From NCBI GenBank assembly GCA_963816185.1, contig CAWFJJ010000001.1:576001-640000 (forward strand): a DNA stretch of 64,000 bases, written 5' to 3'. This document shows positions 48,074 to 60,102 of this stretch, one piece after another. The DNA comes from Thermoanaerobaculia bacterium (GTDB taxonomy: Bacteria > Acidobacteriota > Thermoanaerobaculia > UBA5066). The notes beneath the pieces were generated by a model. That model ran no database searches. It had not been told where the DNA came from and saw only the letters and a list, made by a program, of their open reading frames with translations. Within the stretch, counting starts at the first letter, position 1, and the number at the start of each line of letters is the position of its first letter. Made by a program: the position numbers and the translations under genes.

Positions 48074-48355
48074 ATGGCTACGAAAAAGGGCTCGTCCGTC
48101 ACAGACAAGTTCAACGAAGCGAAAGCGCGCGTCGAGAAGCTCTCGAAGAGACCGTCCAACGACCAGCTCCTCGACCTCTATGCGTTCTACAAGCAGGCCA
48201 CGGAGGGAGACGTCTCCGGCTCGCGGCCCGGGATGCTCGATCTCAAGGGACGCGCGAAGTACGACGCCTGGACGGGCCGGAAAGGCCTCTCGAAGGACGA
48301 CGCGATGAAAAAATATGCCGCGCTGGTCGACAAGCTCGCCGCCGAGCTGGGGTGA
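48074..48355 (+). CDS. Acyl-CoA-binding protein
   Basis: LYAFYKQATEGD and KGRAKYDAW. Confidence 0.9.
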   Translation: MATKKGSSVTDKFNEAKARVEKLSKRPSNDQLLDLYAFYKQATEGDVSGSRPGMLDLKGRAKYDAWTGRKGLSKDDAMKKYAALVDKLAAELG

Positions 48356-48413
48356 ATCCGGGCCGAGCTTCGCCGACGTCCGAACGGCCCCGCCTTTGCT
48401 AGCGGTTTTCGAC

Positions 48414-49224
48414 ATGAAAACTCTTCAATGGACTCGCCGTCACGGCGACCGCCTTCCTCGCCGCAAACGCCGCATTCGCGAAAGTCGTCACGAAACCGGT
48501 TCTGTACGAGCACGCGGGCACGAAGCTCGAGGGCTTTCTCGCGTACGACGACGCGAAGACCGCGAAAGGGAAGCTTCCCGGCGTCCTCGTGATCCCCGAG
48601 TGGTGGGGGCTCAACAAGTATGTGAAAGGGCGCGCCGAGCAGCTCGCCGCGATGGGCGACGTCGCCTTCGCCGCCGACATGTACGGGCAGGGGGTCGTCA
48701 CCGAAGACCCGAAGAAGGCGGGAGAGCTCGCGAGCCAGTTCCAGGGGAAGCCGCTCCTGGCCGAGCGCGCGAATGCCGGGCTCGAGCAGCTCCTGAAGAC
48801 GGGCCTCGTCGATCGGAAGAAGGTGGCCGCGATCGGCTTCTGCTTCGGAGGCGCGGCCGCGCAGGCGCTCGCATACACCGGCGCCCCGCTCGCGGGCATC
48901 GTCAGCTTCCACGGCGCGCCGGTGAACGCTCCCGCGTCTGCCGCGGGGGCCGTCAAGGCGAAGTTCCTGCTCCTCAACGGCGCGGACGACCCGATGGTGA
49001 AACCCGAGGCACGCGCGGCGCTCGAGAAGTCGCTCGAGGACGCGAAGATCGACTACCAGTCCGTGGACTACGCGGGCGCCGTCCACGCCTTCACGAACCC
49101 CGACGCGGACCGCCTCGCGGCCGCAGGAGGAATGAAGGGCATGATCGGGTACAACGAAACCGCCGCCCGGCGCTCCTGGAAGGCCATGCAGGTCTTCTTC
49201 GAGGAGATCTTCGGCGCACGCTGA
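48414..49224 (+). CDS. Exported dienelactone hydrolase family protein (extra A in start homopolymer)
   Basis: PEWWGL, GFCFGG and HAFTNP. Removing one A after ATG restores the signal peptide MKLFNGLAVTATAFLAANAAFA. Confidence 0.85.
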
Positions 49225-49253
49225 AGCGGCGGTCCCGTCCTTTTCACGACCGT

Positions 49254-49487
49254 TCAGTCGAGCTGGAGGTCGAGGGTGTCCCTGTCCGCGATCGCCTCGC
49301 GGGGCGAGACGCGATCCGGAGCGACCGAAGCGGCGGCCCCGACCTTGCTCCCGAGGAACGACGTGTCGTGTTTCGTGGGAGCGCCTCCTGTGGCGAGAAG
49401 AGTCCCGGCGGCGAGAGCCAGACCGGCTAGCGCGCCCACCAGACCAGCTTTCCATCCCCTCTTCGTCTCTGCGTGTTCGTTTCTCAT
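49254..49487 (-). CDS. Small hypothetical single-TM/exported protein
   Basis: GAGGGAGGG RBS, hydrophobic N-terminus and a sigma54 motif upstream. Confidence 0.55.
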   Translation of the reverse strand: MRNEHAETKRGWKAGLVGALAGLALAAGTLLATGGAPTKHDTSFLGSKVGAAASVAPDRVSPREAIADRDTLDLQLD

Positions 49488-49523
49488 TGTGCCCTCCCTC
49501 TGTTCGATGTCGGAAAGGTCCAG

Positions 49524-49660
49524 AGCAAGCGCGGGGCCACCGGCGCGCGCGAACGCCGGCAGAACACAACTCTCTGTTTTCCAAGGGCCTTAGCTTTTGC
49601 CTGCGTTCGACGGCGGGCCTGTTCGTCCGTTATCTGGACGACAGTTTCTAATTCCTGGAC
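49524..49660 (-). promoter_or_regulatory. Sigma54 promoter and candidate enhancer pair
   Basis: TGGCCCCGCGCTTGCT at 49539-49524. GTCC-N7-GGAC at 49625-49639, with a second CTGGAC half-site 21 bp away. Confidence 0.55.
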
Positions 49661-50997
49661 ACGACGATGCCGTACTTGCGGATCTTCTCGTAGAGCGAGC
49701 TGCGCGAGATGCCGAGCGACTCCGCCGCCCGGCCGACTCGCCCCCTCTCGGCCTCGAGCGTCTTTCGAATCAAGTCCTTCTCCGTCTCGAGGAGACTGCC
49801 ATCGCCGGCAGCGGGCCCTAGGGTGGAGGGCGCGGGTTCGAAGGAAAAGTCCTCGGGCCCGATCTCTTGTCCGTGCGACAAGAGAACGGCCCGCTCGAGC
49901 GCGTTGCGCAGCTCGCGGACGTTCCCCGGCCAGCGATGGGCGCGGAGCTTCTGGAGAGCGGCGGGTGCAAGCCGCATCGGCTCGCGATCGAGGTCGAGCA
50001 CGATCTGCCCGAGGAGCAATTCCGCGAGCGGGGTCAGATCGTCGGGTCTCTGCCGAAGCGGCGGGATCTCCAGGACGACGGTGTTGATCCGGAAGTAGAG
50101 ATCCGCCCGGAATTCCTTCGTCTCGACGAGAGCGTCGAGGTGAGCGTGCGAAGCGGCGATCAAGCGGATGTCGACCTGGCGCTCGCGTACGTCGCCGAGG
50201 CGCCGGAATTTCTTTTCCTCCAGCACCTTCAGGAGCTTCGGCTGGACGGAGAGCGGCACGTCCCCGATCTCGTCCAGGAAGAGTGTCCCCCGGTGCGCGA
50301 CATCGAGAAGGCCGAGCTTCGTGGCGACCGCGCTCGTGAAAGCGCCCTTCTCGTGGCCGAAGAGCTCGCTTTCCAGGAACTCCGGAGAGAGCCCGGCGCA
50401 GTTCAGGTCCAGGAAGCTCTCCTCGCTGCGAGGGCCGTGCCGGTGAATCCAGGCCGCAAGAACGCCTTTACCGGTCCCCGTCTCTCCGTGGATGAGGACG
50501 GGGACGTTCGCGTCGGCGACGCGTTGTGTCCGATCGCGGAGGAGACGGATCGCCGGACTCGCGCCGAGGAAAGGGTCGATCTCTCCCCGCGCCTCGCGGG
50601 CTTCGTCCCGGAGGCGGCGGCGGCGGTTGCGCTGGTTCTCGAGAACCCGATCGACGACGAGAAGAAACGCCGGCAGCTGCACGGGCTTGGTCAGAAACTG
50701 CTCCGCCCCTTCCTGGATCGCCTGAACCGCCACGTCGAGCTCCTCGTACTTGGCGAGAACGACACAGGGGACGAACGCGTCGGCGCGCTTCACGTGCGCG
50801 AGGATTTCGAGCGCGTTCCCGTCCGGCAGTCGCGCGGCGACGACGAGCGTGTCCGGTCTCGAAGCCTCGAAGGACTGGATGGCGACGCGGCAGGACGCCG
50901 CCTCCTGCGTCTCGTACCCGTCGATCTGAAGCACAATCCGCAGGCTCTCGCGGATCGCGGCGTCGGCGTCGACGATCAGGATCCGCCCTCTCGTCAT
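49648..50997 (-). CDS. Sigma54-dependent regulator with atypical receiver domain
   Basis: [24 protein letters not shown] and HTH. The REC reads [11 protein letters not shown]. Confidence 0.85.
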   Translation of the reverse strand: MTRGRILIVDADAAIRESLRIVLQIDGYETQEAASCRVAIQSFEASRPDTLVVAARLPDGNALEILAHVKRADAFVPCVVLAKYEELDVAVQAIQEGAEQFLTKPVQLPAFLLVVDRVLENQRNRRRRLRDEAREARGEIDPFLGASPAIRLLRDRTQRVADANVPVLIHGETGTGKGVLAAWIHRHGPRSEESFLDLNCAGLSPEFLESELFGHEKGAFTSAVATKLGLLDVAHRGTLFLDEIGDVPLSVQPKLLKVLEEKKFRRLGDVRERQVDIRLIAASHAHLDALVETKEFRADLYFRINTVVLEIPPLRQRPDDLTPLAELLLGQIVLDLDREPMRLAPAALQKLRAHRWPGNVRELRNALERAVLLSHGQEIGPEDFSFEPAPSTLGPAAGDGSLLETEKDLIRKTLEAERGRVGRAAESLGISRSSLYEKIRKYGIVVSRN

Positions 50998-51061
50998 GTG
51001 CGGCCCCTCGACAAAGACATCGCCTGCATTTTCCCCCCGACGCTCTGCTACGCTGAAAGGG

Positions 51062-52475
51062 ATGGGCGCGACGCTCTTCTCGAAGGTCTGGGATCTCCAC
51101 ACGGTGCGGAAGCTCCCCACCGGGCAGACGCAGCTCTTCGTGGGCCTCCACCTCGTTCACGAGGTCACGAGCCCGCAGGCCTTCGAGATGCTCCGCGCGC
51201 GCGGATGGAGCGTGGCGTTCCCGTCGCGCACGGTCGCGACGATCGACCACATCATCCCGACGGCGAGCCTCGCGCGGCCCTTCGCCGACGCGCGGGCCGA
51301 GGAGATGCTCACCTCGCTCCAGCAAAATTGCCGTGAGCACGGCGTCCCGCTGCACGACCTAGGCTCCGTCGAGCAGGGCATCGTCCACGTGATCGGCCCC
51401 GAGCTGGGGCTCACACAGCCCGGCATGACGATCGCCTGCGGCGACAGTCACACATCCACGCACGGCGCGTTCGGCGCGCTCGCGTTCGGCATCGGGACGT
51501 CGCAGGTGCGTGACGTCCTCGCGTCGCAGAGCCTCGCGCTGGACCCGCTCAAGGTGCGGCGCCTCGACGTCGGCGGCGCGCTCGCAACCCGGCGTCTACG
51601 CGAAGGACGTCATCCTCGCGATCATCCGCCGGCTCGGCGTGAAAGGCGGCGTGGGCTTCGCGTACGAATACGGCGGCGAGGCCGTGTCCAAGATGGCGAT
51701 GGAAGAGCGGATGACGCTCTGCAACATGTCCGTCGAGGGCGGCGCACGCGCGGGCTACGTGAACCCCGACGCGACGACGTTCGCGTATTTGAAGGGGCGC
51801 TCCGCGGCGCCTTCCGGCGCGGCCTTCGATCGCGCCGTGACCTGGTGGGCCTCGATGGCTTCGGACGAGAGCGCGCGCTACGACGACCGCGTGGCGTTGG
51901 ATGCCGGCGCGCTCGAGCCGCACGTGACGTGGGGAATCAATCCCGGGCAGAGCGTCGGCGTTTCGGGCCGCGTCCCGAAAGCCTCCGACGAGGCGCCCGA
52001 GGAGCGCGCGCAAGTCGCCGAGGCGCTCGATTACATGGGCTTTTCCGGCGGCGAGCCGATCTCCGGCACGAAGATCGACGTCGCGTTCATCGGGTCCTGC
52101 ACGAACGGGAGGCTGTCGGATCTCCGCGAGGCGAGCCGCGTCGTGAGGGGACGCAAGATCGCGCGGCACGTCAGAGCGCTCGTCGTTCCCGGCTCGAACG
52201 CGGTCAAGGCCGCTGCCGAGAAGGAAGGCCTCGACGCGGTCTTCCGCGACGCGGGCTTCGAGTGGCGCGGCGCCGGCTGCTCGATGTGCCTCGCGATGAA
52301 TCCGGACCGGCTCGAAGGGCGGCAGGTCTGCGCGTCCTCGTCGAACCGCAACTTCAAGGGCCGGCAGGGGAGCCCGACCGGCCGCACGCTCCTCATGAGC
52401 CCCGCGATGGTCGCGGCGGCGGCTCTCGCCGGCGAGGTGGCCGACGTGCGGCCGATGCTCGGAGGCGCGCGATGA
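51062..52475 (+). CDS. leuC: 3-isopropylmalate dehydratase large subunit (frameshift near 51585)
   Basis: [33 protein letters not shown] and [10 protein letters not shown]. Confidence 0.93.
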
Positions 52476-53107
52476 CTCTTCCCGCGATCCGCCGGATCTC
52501 GGGCACGGCGCTGCCGCTTTTGGGCGACGACATCGACACCGACCGCATCATCCCCGCGCGCTTCCTCGTCTCGATCACCTTCGAGGGGCTCGGGGCGCAC
52601 GCGTTCGAGGACGACCGGAAGGCCGCGGTGGCAAAGGGGGTCGCTCACCCGTTCGACGACCCGCGCTTTTCGGGCGCGAGGATTCTCCTCGTGAACCGCA
52701 ACTTCGGCTGCGGGTCTTCCCGTGAACACGCTCCGCAGGCGCTCGCACGCGCCGGCATCAAGACCCTCGTCGCCGAGTCCTTCTCGGAGATTTTCTTCGG
52801 GAACGCCGTCGCGATCGGCCTGCCGTGCGTGACGTTGCCGCGCGACGCGGTCCGGGAGCTGCAGAGTCTCGTGGAAGGCGCGCCGAAGTCCGAGATCTCG
52901 GTCGATCTCGAGGCGAGAGCCCTGATCGCCGAGGGAAAGACGTTTCCCGCCTCGCTTCCCGACAACGCGCGCGAGGCCTTCCTCTCGGGGAACTGGGACG
53001 GCACCTCGATGCTGCTCGAGCGGTTCGACGAGGTGAGAGCCGTGGCCGCCCGGCTGCCGTACGTCAGGGGGATTCGAGGCTCGAAGAGAACCGGCTTAGA
53101 AGGGTGA
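52472..53107 (+). CDS. leuD: 3-isopropylmalate dehydratase small subunit
   Basis: [13 protein letters not shown] and [12 protein letters not shown]. Confidence 0.93.
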   Translation: MTLPAIRRISGTALPLLGDDIDTDRIIPARFLVSITFEGLGAHAFEDDRKAAVAKGVAHPFDDPRFSGARILLVNRNFGCGSSREHAPQALARAGIKTLVAESFSEIFFGNAVAIGLPCVTLPRDAVRELQSLVEGAPKSEISVDLEARALIAEGKTFPASLPDNAREAFLSGNWDGTSMLLERFDEVRAVAARLPYVRGIRGSKRTGLEG

Positions 53108-53108
53108 G

Positions 53109-53207
53109 AAGAAAGGCGCCGCGCGGTGCGCGGCGGCATCCTTCCAGAGTCAGGTATGAAAAGAAACGCGCCGCGCGGTGCGCGGCGCGTCCTTCCAGGG
53201 TCAGGTA
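53109..53207. repeat. Two tandem ~50-bp direct repeats, each with a GC hairpin (probable bidirectional terminator/REP-like)
   Basis: AAGAAA(G/C)GCGCCGCGCGGTGCGCGGCG...TCCTTCCAG(A/G)GTCAGGTA occurs twice between convergent genes. Confidence 0.7.
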
Positions 53208-53219
53208 CTCAACGAATCG

Positions 53220-54335
53220 TCATGGATGGAAGACGGCGATCACGCCGGCGTGGTCGGACCCGAAGGGCGGCGTCTCGAATGAAGGCGGTCTGGAGGAGCC
53301 CCGGGCCGGGGCGATCACCTGTTCCGAGCTCAACGCGTCGATATCCTTCGAGAAGAAAAGGTCGATCCGCTCGAACGGATTCGAAGCCGCGAAGAAGGGC
53401 GGCGGGAGCCCGCCGCCGGGAAACTGGTCCTCCAGGAAGAGCGGCCACGTGAGCCCGAGATCTCTCCTGCGGTGGGTCGCCGGCCAGGCCTCCGTGTAGC
53501 CGGCCGCCGGGAAGAGATCGACCGACGGCGTGTCGTCCACGAAGCCGCCGTGGTTCGCGTCGGAGTTGAAGTCGCCGCAGATCACGACGGGAATCCTCGA
53601 GATTTCGCAGGGCGTCGAATCAGCTCCTCCGCCTGCGCGACCTGCACGTCGGTCGCTTCCGGGACGCCCGGAACGGGAGATTCGAGGTGGGTCGTGACGA
53701 AGCGGAAACGCTCGTCCCCGATGTGGACGTCGGCCGAAATCCAGCCCGCTGTGATCGTCAACCCGGAAAAGGGAAATGCCGCGTCGAAGGTCTGCGAGCG
53801 GACGTTGGAGAGGTAGAAGCTGGGCCGGCGCAGGTCGGATCGGACGAGGACGGCGTTCCTGTCGGTGAACCGGAGCGCGCCGCCGATCTGGTCCCCGTCG
53901 CAGGGCGAGGTCGCTCAGGCTGATCTCGGCGACTTTGTCATAGGGGACGCCGAGCTTCTTGAGCGCCGAGCGAAGCAGGTCGAGGCTGTCGTAGAGGACG
54001 ACTTCGCGTGCCGCCGGTGGGCCGGAACCGCCAGAGCGCAACTTCCTGGAGCGCCACGATGTCCGGTTTCTCATGGGCGATCTGCGCTGGCCAGCAGCTT
54101 GGCGCGCCCTTCGAAGTTGCTCGCCTGAAGCTCGGCGAACGTGAGATCCACGGCGGACGGTACAGGTATGGGCAACTGCCCCGTGAGCGCCGCGATGACG
54201 TACGTCTGGTCCGTCCCGTCATCCATGTTCTGGGTCATGATCGTGACGGACGCATCCCGGTGGTGGCTGTCCGCGGCCGCCCAACCGGCCACGGCAAGGC
54301 TGAGAAGCGCGAGGGCTGAAGAACTTACGAAGCAT
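53220..54335 (-). CDS. Exported endonuclease/exonuclease/phosphatase family protein (multiple frameshifts; error or pseudogene)
   Basis: MTQN, PDIVALQEV, TTHLES, GDFNS, RIDLFF and SDHAGV across frames. AAGGAG RBS before ATG 54335. Confidence 0.7.
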
Positions 54336-54646
54336 AAGCTTTCTCCTTGAGGACTTGGCGAAGTCCAGTCGGATGGCGTGCGTCCGCGCTTGGAACGAAC
54401 CATCAGTTGTTCGCCTTGCGAGGCGATCTGGCTAAAGGTGGGGACTCTGGGCAGCCGGTCGCGATGATGCAGCTGAATCACGTGGAGAAGATGGGCTCCG
54501 CCGGCCCGAGAGTCTTCAGGGATTTGACTGGTTCTTCTGGTTTTCCGGGTCAAACCCTCGCGCCCCTTCACCAGAAAGAACCTGAAGAACCCTGAAGACT
54601 TTCCTTGGCGGCCGAACCCAAGTTCACCGTCGGAAAGGAGCCTCAC

Positions 54647-55111
54647 ATGAAGCGAACGCTCGTTCTTTCGCGAAACGCGCTCTTCTTCGGCCTCGCCGTC
54701 CTGGGTGCACTCCTCCTTCCCGCGTGCAACAAGAGCCTCGGCTCGTGGGATTTCTCCGGCCCGTTTGACATGCAAAGGACCATGCTTCGGGTGTACGTTC
54801 AGAATTCGGCTTCTTCGGAGATTTTCATTTCGTATCAGGGAAGTACGCCGCAACCTGCCCCTGCCGGCCAGACCGTCTATTTGACCCCTTACAGTTCCTT
54901 ACTTGCCCTTCCGAGCTCGGACTGGTTCCTCGTCCAGCGCCAGTCCGGGACGCTTGCACGCGTTTCCTTCCAGCCCATGCACTATCCCGAAAAGAAAGGC
55001 GATGTGAAGGACACGACGATCGCGATCGGAGAGCCTTCCCCGGGTCTGTTCACCGCGACCGCGGCCGAGCCGGACTGGATTCGAATCGTCTCCGTGACTC
55101 CGATGCCGTGA
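54647..55111 (+). CDS. Hypothetical lipoprotein
   Basis: AAGGAG RBS, lipobox LPAC and lower GC. Confidence 0.65.
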   Translation: MKRTLVLSRNALFFGLAVLGALLLPACNKSLGSWDFSGPFDMQRTMLRVYVQNSASSEIFISYQGSTPQPAPAGQTVYLTPYSSLLALPSSDWFLVQRQSGTLARVSFQPMHYPEKKGDVKDTTIAIGEPSPGLFTATAAEPDWIRIVSVTPMP

Positions 55112-55142
55112 CGAAGATCCTAAAGCGCGCGTCCGGGCCCGG

Positions 55143-56036
55143 TCAGCGTTCCGCAGTGGCGCGGGCCTCGCGCACCATCTCGAGGAACGCGTGGGCCGCG
55201 TTCCCGAAGTTGCCGGCGGCGCGGTAGACGAGCCTGAGGTCGCGCGGGCGGCGCAGCTCGGGGAGCGTCGAGGCCGCGAGGCGGCCCGCCTCGATCTCCG
55301 AGAGCGCCGTGCGCCGGGGAAGCAGGGCGACGCCCATGCCGCGCTCCACGGCGCGTTTGACTCCGTCGAGGCTCGGCAGCGACACCTTGATGTTCAGGGG
55401 AACGCCGCGCTCTTTGTACTTGCGGAGCACGCGCTCGCGAGCGGGCGACGGGTCGCTGTGCGCGATGACGGTCGCCCGGCCGAACTCCTCGAGCGTCACG
55501 CGGCTCCTTTTCGCGAACGGGTGCCTCGGGTGCGAAAGGACGACGAGCTCGTCCGAAGCGAGGACGACCGTTCTCAGGCCTTTCTCCGACGGGACGAACG
55601 TCACGACGCCGAAGTCGAGCGCGGCGCCGAGAACTTCGACCCCGAGCAGGCGCGAGGGCGAGCGCTTCACGTCGAACTCGACGCCGGCGTGCGTGTCGCG
55701 AAAGCGCGCGATGAGCGGGATGAGGACCTCGACGCCGGACTCGTTCGCGCCGATCACGACGCGGCCGCGCTTCATGTCCTTCAGGTCCTTGACGGCTCGC
55801 TCGGCTTCCTCGGCCACGTTCAGGACGCGCTCGGCGTAGTCCTTCAGCGTGCGCCCCGCCTCCGTGAGGCGGGCCTCGCGCGTCGTCCGGTCGAAGAGGG
55901 TTTCGTCGAGGACCGCCTCGAGCCGGCGCACGGCCTGGCTCACCGCGGACTGCGTGCGGAAGAGGCGCACGGCTGCGCGCGAGAAGCTGCGCTCCTCGGC
56001 GACCGTGAGGAAGACGCGGAGCGAGAAGATGTCCAT
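55143..56036 (-). CDS. LysR family regulator
   Basis: SFSRAA...TQSAVSQAVRRLE...LFDR HTH. An ATAAA-N5-TTTAT box lies at its start. Confidence 0.92.
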   Translation of the reverse strand: MDIFSLRVFLTVAEERSFSRAAVRLFRTQSAVSQAVRRLEAVLDETLFDRTTREARLTEAGRTLKDYAERVLNVAEEAERAVKDLKDMKRGRVVIGANESGVEVLIPLIARFRDTHAGVEFDVKRSPSRLLGVEVLGAALDFGVVTFVPSEKGLRTVVLASDELVVLSHPRHPFAKRSRVTLEEFGRATVIAHSDPSPARERVLRKYKERGVPLNIKVSLPSLDGVKRAVERGMGVALLPRRTALSEIEAGRLAASTLPELRRPRDLRLVYRAAGNFGNAAHAFLEMVREARATAER

Positions 56037-56097
56037 AAATATTCTTTATATTAGCAGCAGAAAAATTAGTTTGACGGCGAGGGCCCGGCGCGGTCCA

Positions 56098-56181
56098 ATG
56101 CGGCTCGTGAACAGCCGCGTCCTCGGTCTCCTCGTCATTAACGTCCTCGTCCTTGAGACGAGCGGGGTGCAGGCCGGCTAA
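56098..56181 (+). CDS. ilv/leu attenuator leader peptide
   Basis: [27 protein letters not shown] is rich in Leu/Val/Ile. It may start at GTG 56107. Confidence 0.8.
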   Translation: MRLVNSRVLGLLVINVLVLETSGVQAG

Positions 56182-56202
56182 GCGAGAGATCATCGAACAG
56201 CC

Positions 56203-56239
56203 GCCCCGCACCCCGAGAGGGGAGCGGGGCTTTTTTTTT
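56203..56239 (+). terminator. Attenuator terminator
   Basis: GCCCCGC-A-CCCC-GAGA-GGGG-A-GCGGGGC followed by T9. Antiterminator CGGGGTGC (56163-70) pairs with GCACCCCG (56208-15). Confidence 0.85.
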
Positions 56240-56273
56240 GCAGCGGGAAACGGGAAAGGAGACCCATCAGGCC

Positions 56274-57989
56274 ATGAAGAGCGACGCGATGAAGAAAGGG
56301 CCGGCGCGGGCGCCTGCGCGCGCGATGCTCCGCGCCACGGGTCTCACGCTTGAGGAGATCGCCCGCCCGCTCGTGGCCGTCGTCCACTCGTGGACGGATC
56401 TGGGTCCCTGCAACGCGTCGCTCCGCGCCCTCGCCGAGGAGGTCAAGGCCGGTGTCCGCGAGGCCGGCGGCACGCCTTTCGAGTTCGGCACCATCGCGAT
56501 CTCGGACGGCATCTCGATGGGGACCGACGGGATGCGGGCATCCCTCGTCTCGCGCGAGGTCATCGCCGACTCCATCGAGCTCGCCGTCATGGGCCACGCG
56601 CTGGACGGCGTCGTCGCCCTTTCGGGCTGCGACAAGACGATCCCCGGCTCGGTGATGGCGCTCGCGCGCCTCGACCTCCCGTCCGTCGCGCTCTACGGCG
56701 GGTCGATCGAGCCCGGGCGCGTGAACGGGAGGGACGTCACGATTCAGGACGTCTTCGAGGCCGTGGGCGCGCACTCGGCGGGAACGCTCTCCGAGGCGGG
56801 CCTGTGCGACGTCGAGGCCGGCGCCTGCCCGGGCGCCGGCGCGTGCGGCGGCCAGTTCACGGCGAACACGATGGCGACCGCGCTCACCTTCCTCGGGATC
56901 TCGCCGATGGGCGCGAACGACGTCCCCGCGACGGACCCCGCGAAGGCCGCGGTCGCGCGCGCCGCCGGCCGTCTCGTCATGCAGCGCCTCGCGGACGGAC
57001 TCACGCCTTCGAAGATCCTGACGCGCGCGGCCTTCGAGAACGCGATCACGTCCGTCGCCGCCACGGGCGGCTCGACGAACGCGGTCCTGCACCTTCTCGC
57101 GATCGCGCGCGAGGCCCGCGTCCCGCTCGTCCTCGACGACTTCGACGCGATCGCGACGAGGACGCCGATCTTCGTCGACTTGAAGCCGGGCGGACGTTTC
57201 ACGGCGCCCGACCTCTCTCGCGCGGGCGGCTCGCGTCTCGTCGCCAAGAGGCTTTCGGATGCGGGCCTCCTGAAGCGCGCGATGACGGTTACGGGCCGGT
57301 CCATCCAGGAAGAAGCCGCCGAGGCGCGCGAGACTCCCGGGCAGGAAGTCGTGCGCGACATCGCCCGGCCTCTCAAGAAGACCGGCGGCCTCGCGATCCT
57401 GCGCGGCTCCCTCGCGCCCGAGGGCTGCGTCGTGAAGCTCGCGGGGCACGAGCGCCTGAAGCACACCGGAGAGGCGCGAGTCTTCGACGGCGAGATCGCC
57501 GCGTTCGCCGCCGTCGAGCGCCGGCAAATCCGCCCGGGCGACGTCGTCGTGATCCGCTGGGAAGGCCCGAAGGGCGCGCCCGGCATGCCGGAGATGCTCG
57601 CGGTCACGGCGGCGCTCGTGGGCCAGGGCCTCGGCGAGTCGGTCGCCCTCGTCACGGACGGCCGCTTCTCGGGCGCGACCCACGGCCTCATGGTCGGGCA
57701 CGTCTCACCGGAAGCGGCGGCCGGCGGCCCGATCGCGTTCCTCAAGGACGGCGACCGCGTGACCCTCGACGTCACCGCCCGCCGCCTCGACTTCGAGGTG
57801 GGCGACGAAGAGATGGCCGCACGGAGGCGCGCATACCGCGCCCCGGCTCCGCGGGCCACGACGGGCGTCCTCGCGAAGTACGCGCGCCTCGTCTCCTCGG
57901 CTTCCGAGGGAGCGGTGACGAGCCCGGTCGCGCCGGCCGCGTCCCCTTCCCTCGCGACCGCGTCCGAGCGCGCAGGGGTGAGCGCGTGA
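56274..57989 (+). CDS. ilvD: Dihydroxy-acid dehydratase
   Basis: [31 protein letters not shown] and TDGRFSG. Confidence 0.95.
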   Translation: MKSDAMKKGPARAPARAMLRATGLTLEEIARPLVAVVHSWTDLGPCNASLRALAEEVKAGVREAGGTPFEFGTIAISDGISMGTDGMRASLVSREVIADSIELAVMGHALDGVVALSGCDKTIPGSVMALARLDLPSVALYGGSIEPGRVNGRDVTIQDVFEAVGAHSAGTLSEAGLCDVEAGACPGAGACGGQFTANTMATALTFLGISPMGANDVPATDPAKAAVARAAGRLVMQRLADGLTPSKILTRAAFENAITSVAATGGSTNAVLHLLAIAREARVPLVLDDFDAIATRTPIFVDLKPGGRFTAPDLSRAGGSRLVAKRLSDAGLLKRAMTVTGRSIQEEAAEARETPGQEVVRDIARPLKKTGGLAILRGSLAPEGCVVKLAGHERLKHTGEARVFDGEIAAFAAVERRQIRPGDVVVIRWEGPKGAPGMPEMLAVTAALVGQGLGESVALVTDGRFSGATHGLMVGHVSPEAAAGGPIAFLKDGDRVTLDVTARRLDFEVGDEEMAARRRAYRAPAPRATTGVLAKYARLVSSASEGAVTSPVAPAASPSLATASERAGVSA

Positions 57990-59734
57990 GCGCCCAGTTC
58001 CAGCCCGCCGCACAGTTCCTGCCTCGCGAGAAGACGCGCGTGAGGGCCGCGAACGCGATGGCCGCCGAGCTCGTGGCGCAGGGCGTGACGCACATCTTCG
58101 GCCACCCGGGCGGCGCCTCGCTGCCGCTGTACGACGCGCTCCTTTCGGCTCCGATCACGCACCTCCTCATGCGGCACGAGCAGTGCGCGGCGCACGCCGC
58201 GCAGGGCTACGCGCGGGCCACGGGCCGGCCCGGCGTGTGCCTCGCGACGTCGGGCCCCGGCGCGACGAACCTCATCACGGGCCTCGCCGACGCGATGCTC
58301 GACTCCACGCCCGTCGTGGCGCTCACGGCACAGGTCGCGACTCCGCTCCTGGGCCGCGACGGCTTCCAGGAGGCCGACATCCTCGGCATGACGGCGCCGG
58401 TCACGAAGCACAACTGGCTCGTCCTCGACGCGCAGGAACTTCCCGGCACGGTGCGCGAGGCCTTCCGCCTCGCGTCCTCCGGGCGGCCCGGCCCCGTCCT
58501 CGTGGACGTGCCGCGCGACGTGCTGCAGACGGAGATCGACTGGGAGGTGGGAACCGCCGCCACGTCGCTCCCTCTCCGGCGCGCGGACCCCGTGGGCCTC
58601 CGCCGAGCGGCGTTCGCGATCTCGAACGCGAAGCGCCCGATCCTCTACGTGGGCGGCGGCGTCATCTCGTCCGGAGCGTCCGCGGAGGTGCGGCGCCTCG
58701 CGAGGAAGACGCGCATCCCCGTCACGACGACACTCATGGGAAAAGGGGCTTACCCCGAGACGGACGCACTGTCCGTCGGCATGCTCGGCATGCACGGCAC
58801 GGCCTACGCGAACTGGGCCATGAACGGCAGCGACCTCATCATCGCCGTGGGCGCGCGCTTCGACGACCGCATCACGGGAAAGCTCGCCACGTTCGCGCCG
58901 CACGCGAAGGTCGTCCACATCGACATCGACGAGGTCGAGATCGGCAAGAACCGCAAGGCCGATTACCCCCTCCACGGCGACGCCCGGGCGGTCCTCCAGC
59001 AGCTTCTGCCCCTCGTCGGCGCCCCCGACACGTCCGAGTGGTGGAAGGAGATCGAGGCGTGGAAGGCGAAAGCGCCCTTGAGGTACCGGGAGGAAGGCGA
59101 CGTCATCCTCCCGCAGTTCGCGATCGAAAGGCTCTGGCGGCTCACGCGTGACCACCGTCCGATCGTCACGACGGACGTCGGCCAGCACCAGATGTGGGCC
59201 GCGCAGTTCTGGAAGTGCGACGAGCCCGGCGTGTTCATCACGTCCGGCGGGCTCGGCACGATGGGCTTCGGCCTCCCGGCCGCGCTCGGCGCGCAGTGCG
59301 GGCGGCCGGACCGGCTCGTCATCAACCTCAACGGGGACGGCAGCTTCCAGCAGACCATGCAGACGCTCGCGACGGCGGTGGAAGCCCGCCTGCCGCTCAA
59401 GGTCGTCGTGATCGACAACCAGGGCCTCGGCATGGTGCGGCAGTGGCAGGACCTCTTCTACGACCGCCGCTTCTTCTCGGTGGAGCTGAAGAACCCCGAC
59501 TTCGCGAAGCTCGCCGAGGCGTTTGGCGCCGCGGGCTTCACCGCGCGGCGGCCGGACGAGCTGGATGCCGTGTACGAGAAGGCCCTTGCCGTGACGGGCG
59601 GTCCCGCGCTCGTCCACGTCGTCACCGAGCCCACCGAAAACTGCTTCCCCATGTGGCCCGCGGGCCAGTCCATCGACACGATGGTCGTCGAGGACCCGAG
59701 GCACGCGGCGAAAAGCGCGAAGAAGAAGAGCTGA
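57986..59734 (+). CDS. ilvB: Acetolactate synthase large subunit
   Basis: [31 protein letters not shown] and GMVRQWQ. Confidence 0.95.
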   Translation: MSAQFQPAAQFLPREKTRVRAANAMAAELVAQGVTHIFGHPGGASLPLYDALLSAPITHLLMRHEQCAAHAAQGYARATGRPGVCLATSGPGATNLITGLADAMLDSTPVVALTAQVATPLLGRDGFQEADILGMTAPVTKHNWLVLDAQELPGTVREAFRLASSGRPGPVLVDVPRDVLQTEIDWEVGTAATSLPLRRADPVGLRRAAFAISNAKRPILYVGGGVISSGASAEVRRLARKTRIPVTTTLMGKGAYPETDALSVGMLGMHGTAYANWAMNGSDLIIAVGARFDDRITGKLATFAPHAKVVHIDIDEVEIGKNRKADYPLHGDARAVLQQLLPLVGAPDTSEWWKEIEAWKAKAPLRYREEGDVILPQFAIERLWRLTRDHRPIVTTDVGQHQMWAAQFWKCDEPGVFITSGGLGTMGFGLPAALGAQCGRPDRLVINLNGDGSFQQTMQTLATAVEARLPLKVVVIDNQGLGMVRQWQDLFYDRRFFSVELKNPDFAKLAEAFGAAGFTARRPDELDAVYEKALAVTGGPALVHVVTEPTENCFPMWPAGQSIDTMVVEDPRHAAKSAKKKS

Positions 59735-59805
59735 AGAAGGACAAAGAAGAGAAGAAGAGCTTAGAAGGAAATATTCAGAGAGAACGAAGAGGAAGAGGAA
59801 CGGCA

Positions 59806-60102
59806 ATGGAACAGATCTTCGACATCAGGATTCAGAACGTGCCCGGGATTTTGGCGCGCGTGGAGTCGATCTTCAGGCGGCAGCGCGCGCCCATTCGGGG
59901 GTTTTGCTTAGAAGGGGAAGAAATGACTGGCGCGGCGCATCTCACGATCACTGCCATGGCGAACGGCGACGTCGCCAATCTTCTGAGAAAGCAACTGATG
60001 CGGCTCATGGACGTGGAAGCGGTCGCCGATACCGGCGCCAGCGCGGCCCGCGCCTTCGCTCCGCCCGAATCCTCTTTCACCTTCAAAGAAAAAACTGCTT
60101 AA
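59806..60102 (+). CDS. ilvN: Acetolactate synthase small (ACT) subunit, short form
   Basis: [15 protein letters not shown]...KQLMRLMDV and position between ilvB and ilvC. Confidence 0.7.
   Translation: MEQIFDIRIQNVPGILARVESIFRRQRAPIRGFCLEGEEMTGAAHLTITAMANGDVANLLRKQLMRLMDVEAVADTGASAARAFAPPESSFTFKEKTA

Noticed and set aside
53109-53207. Tandem repeat as a CRISPR array
   Set aside because: Only two adjacent copies, no spacers and no cas genes.
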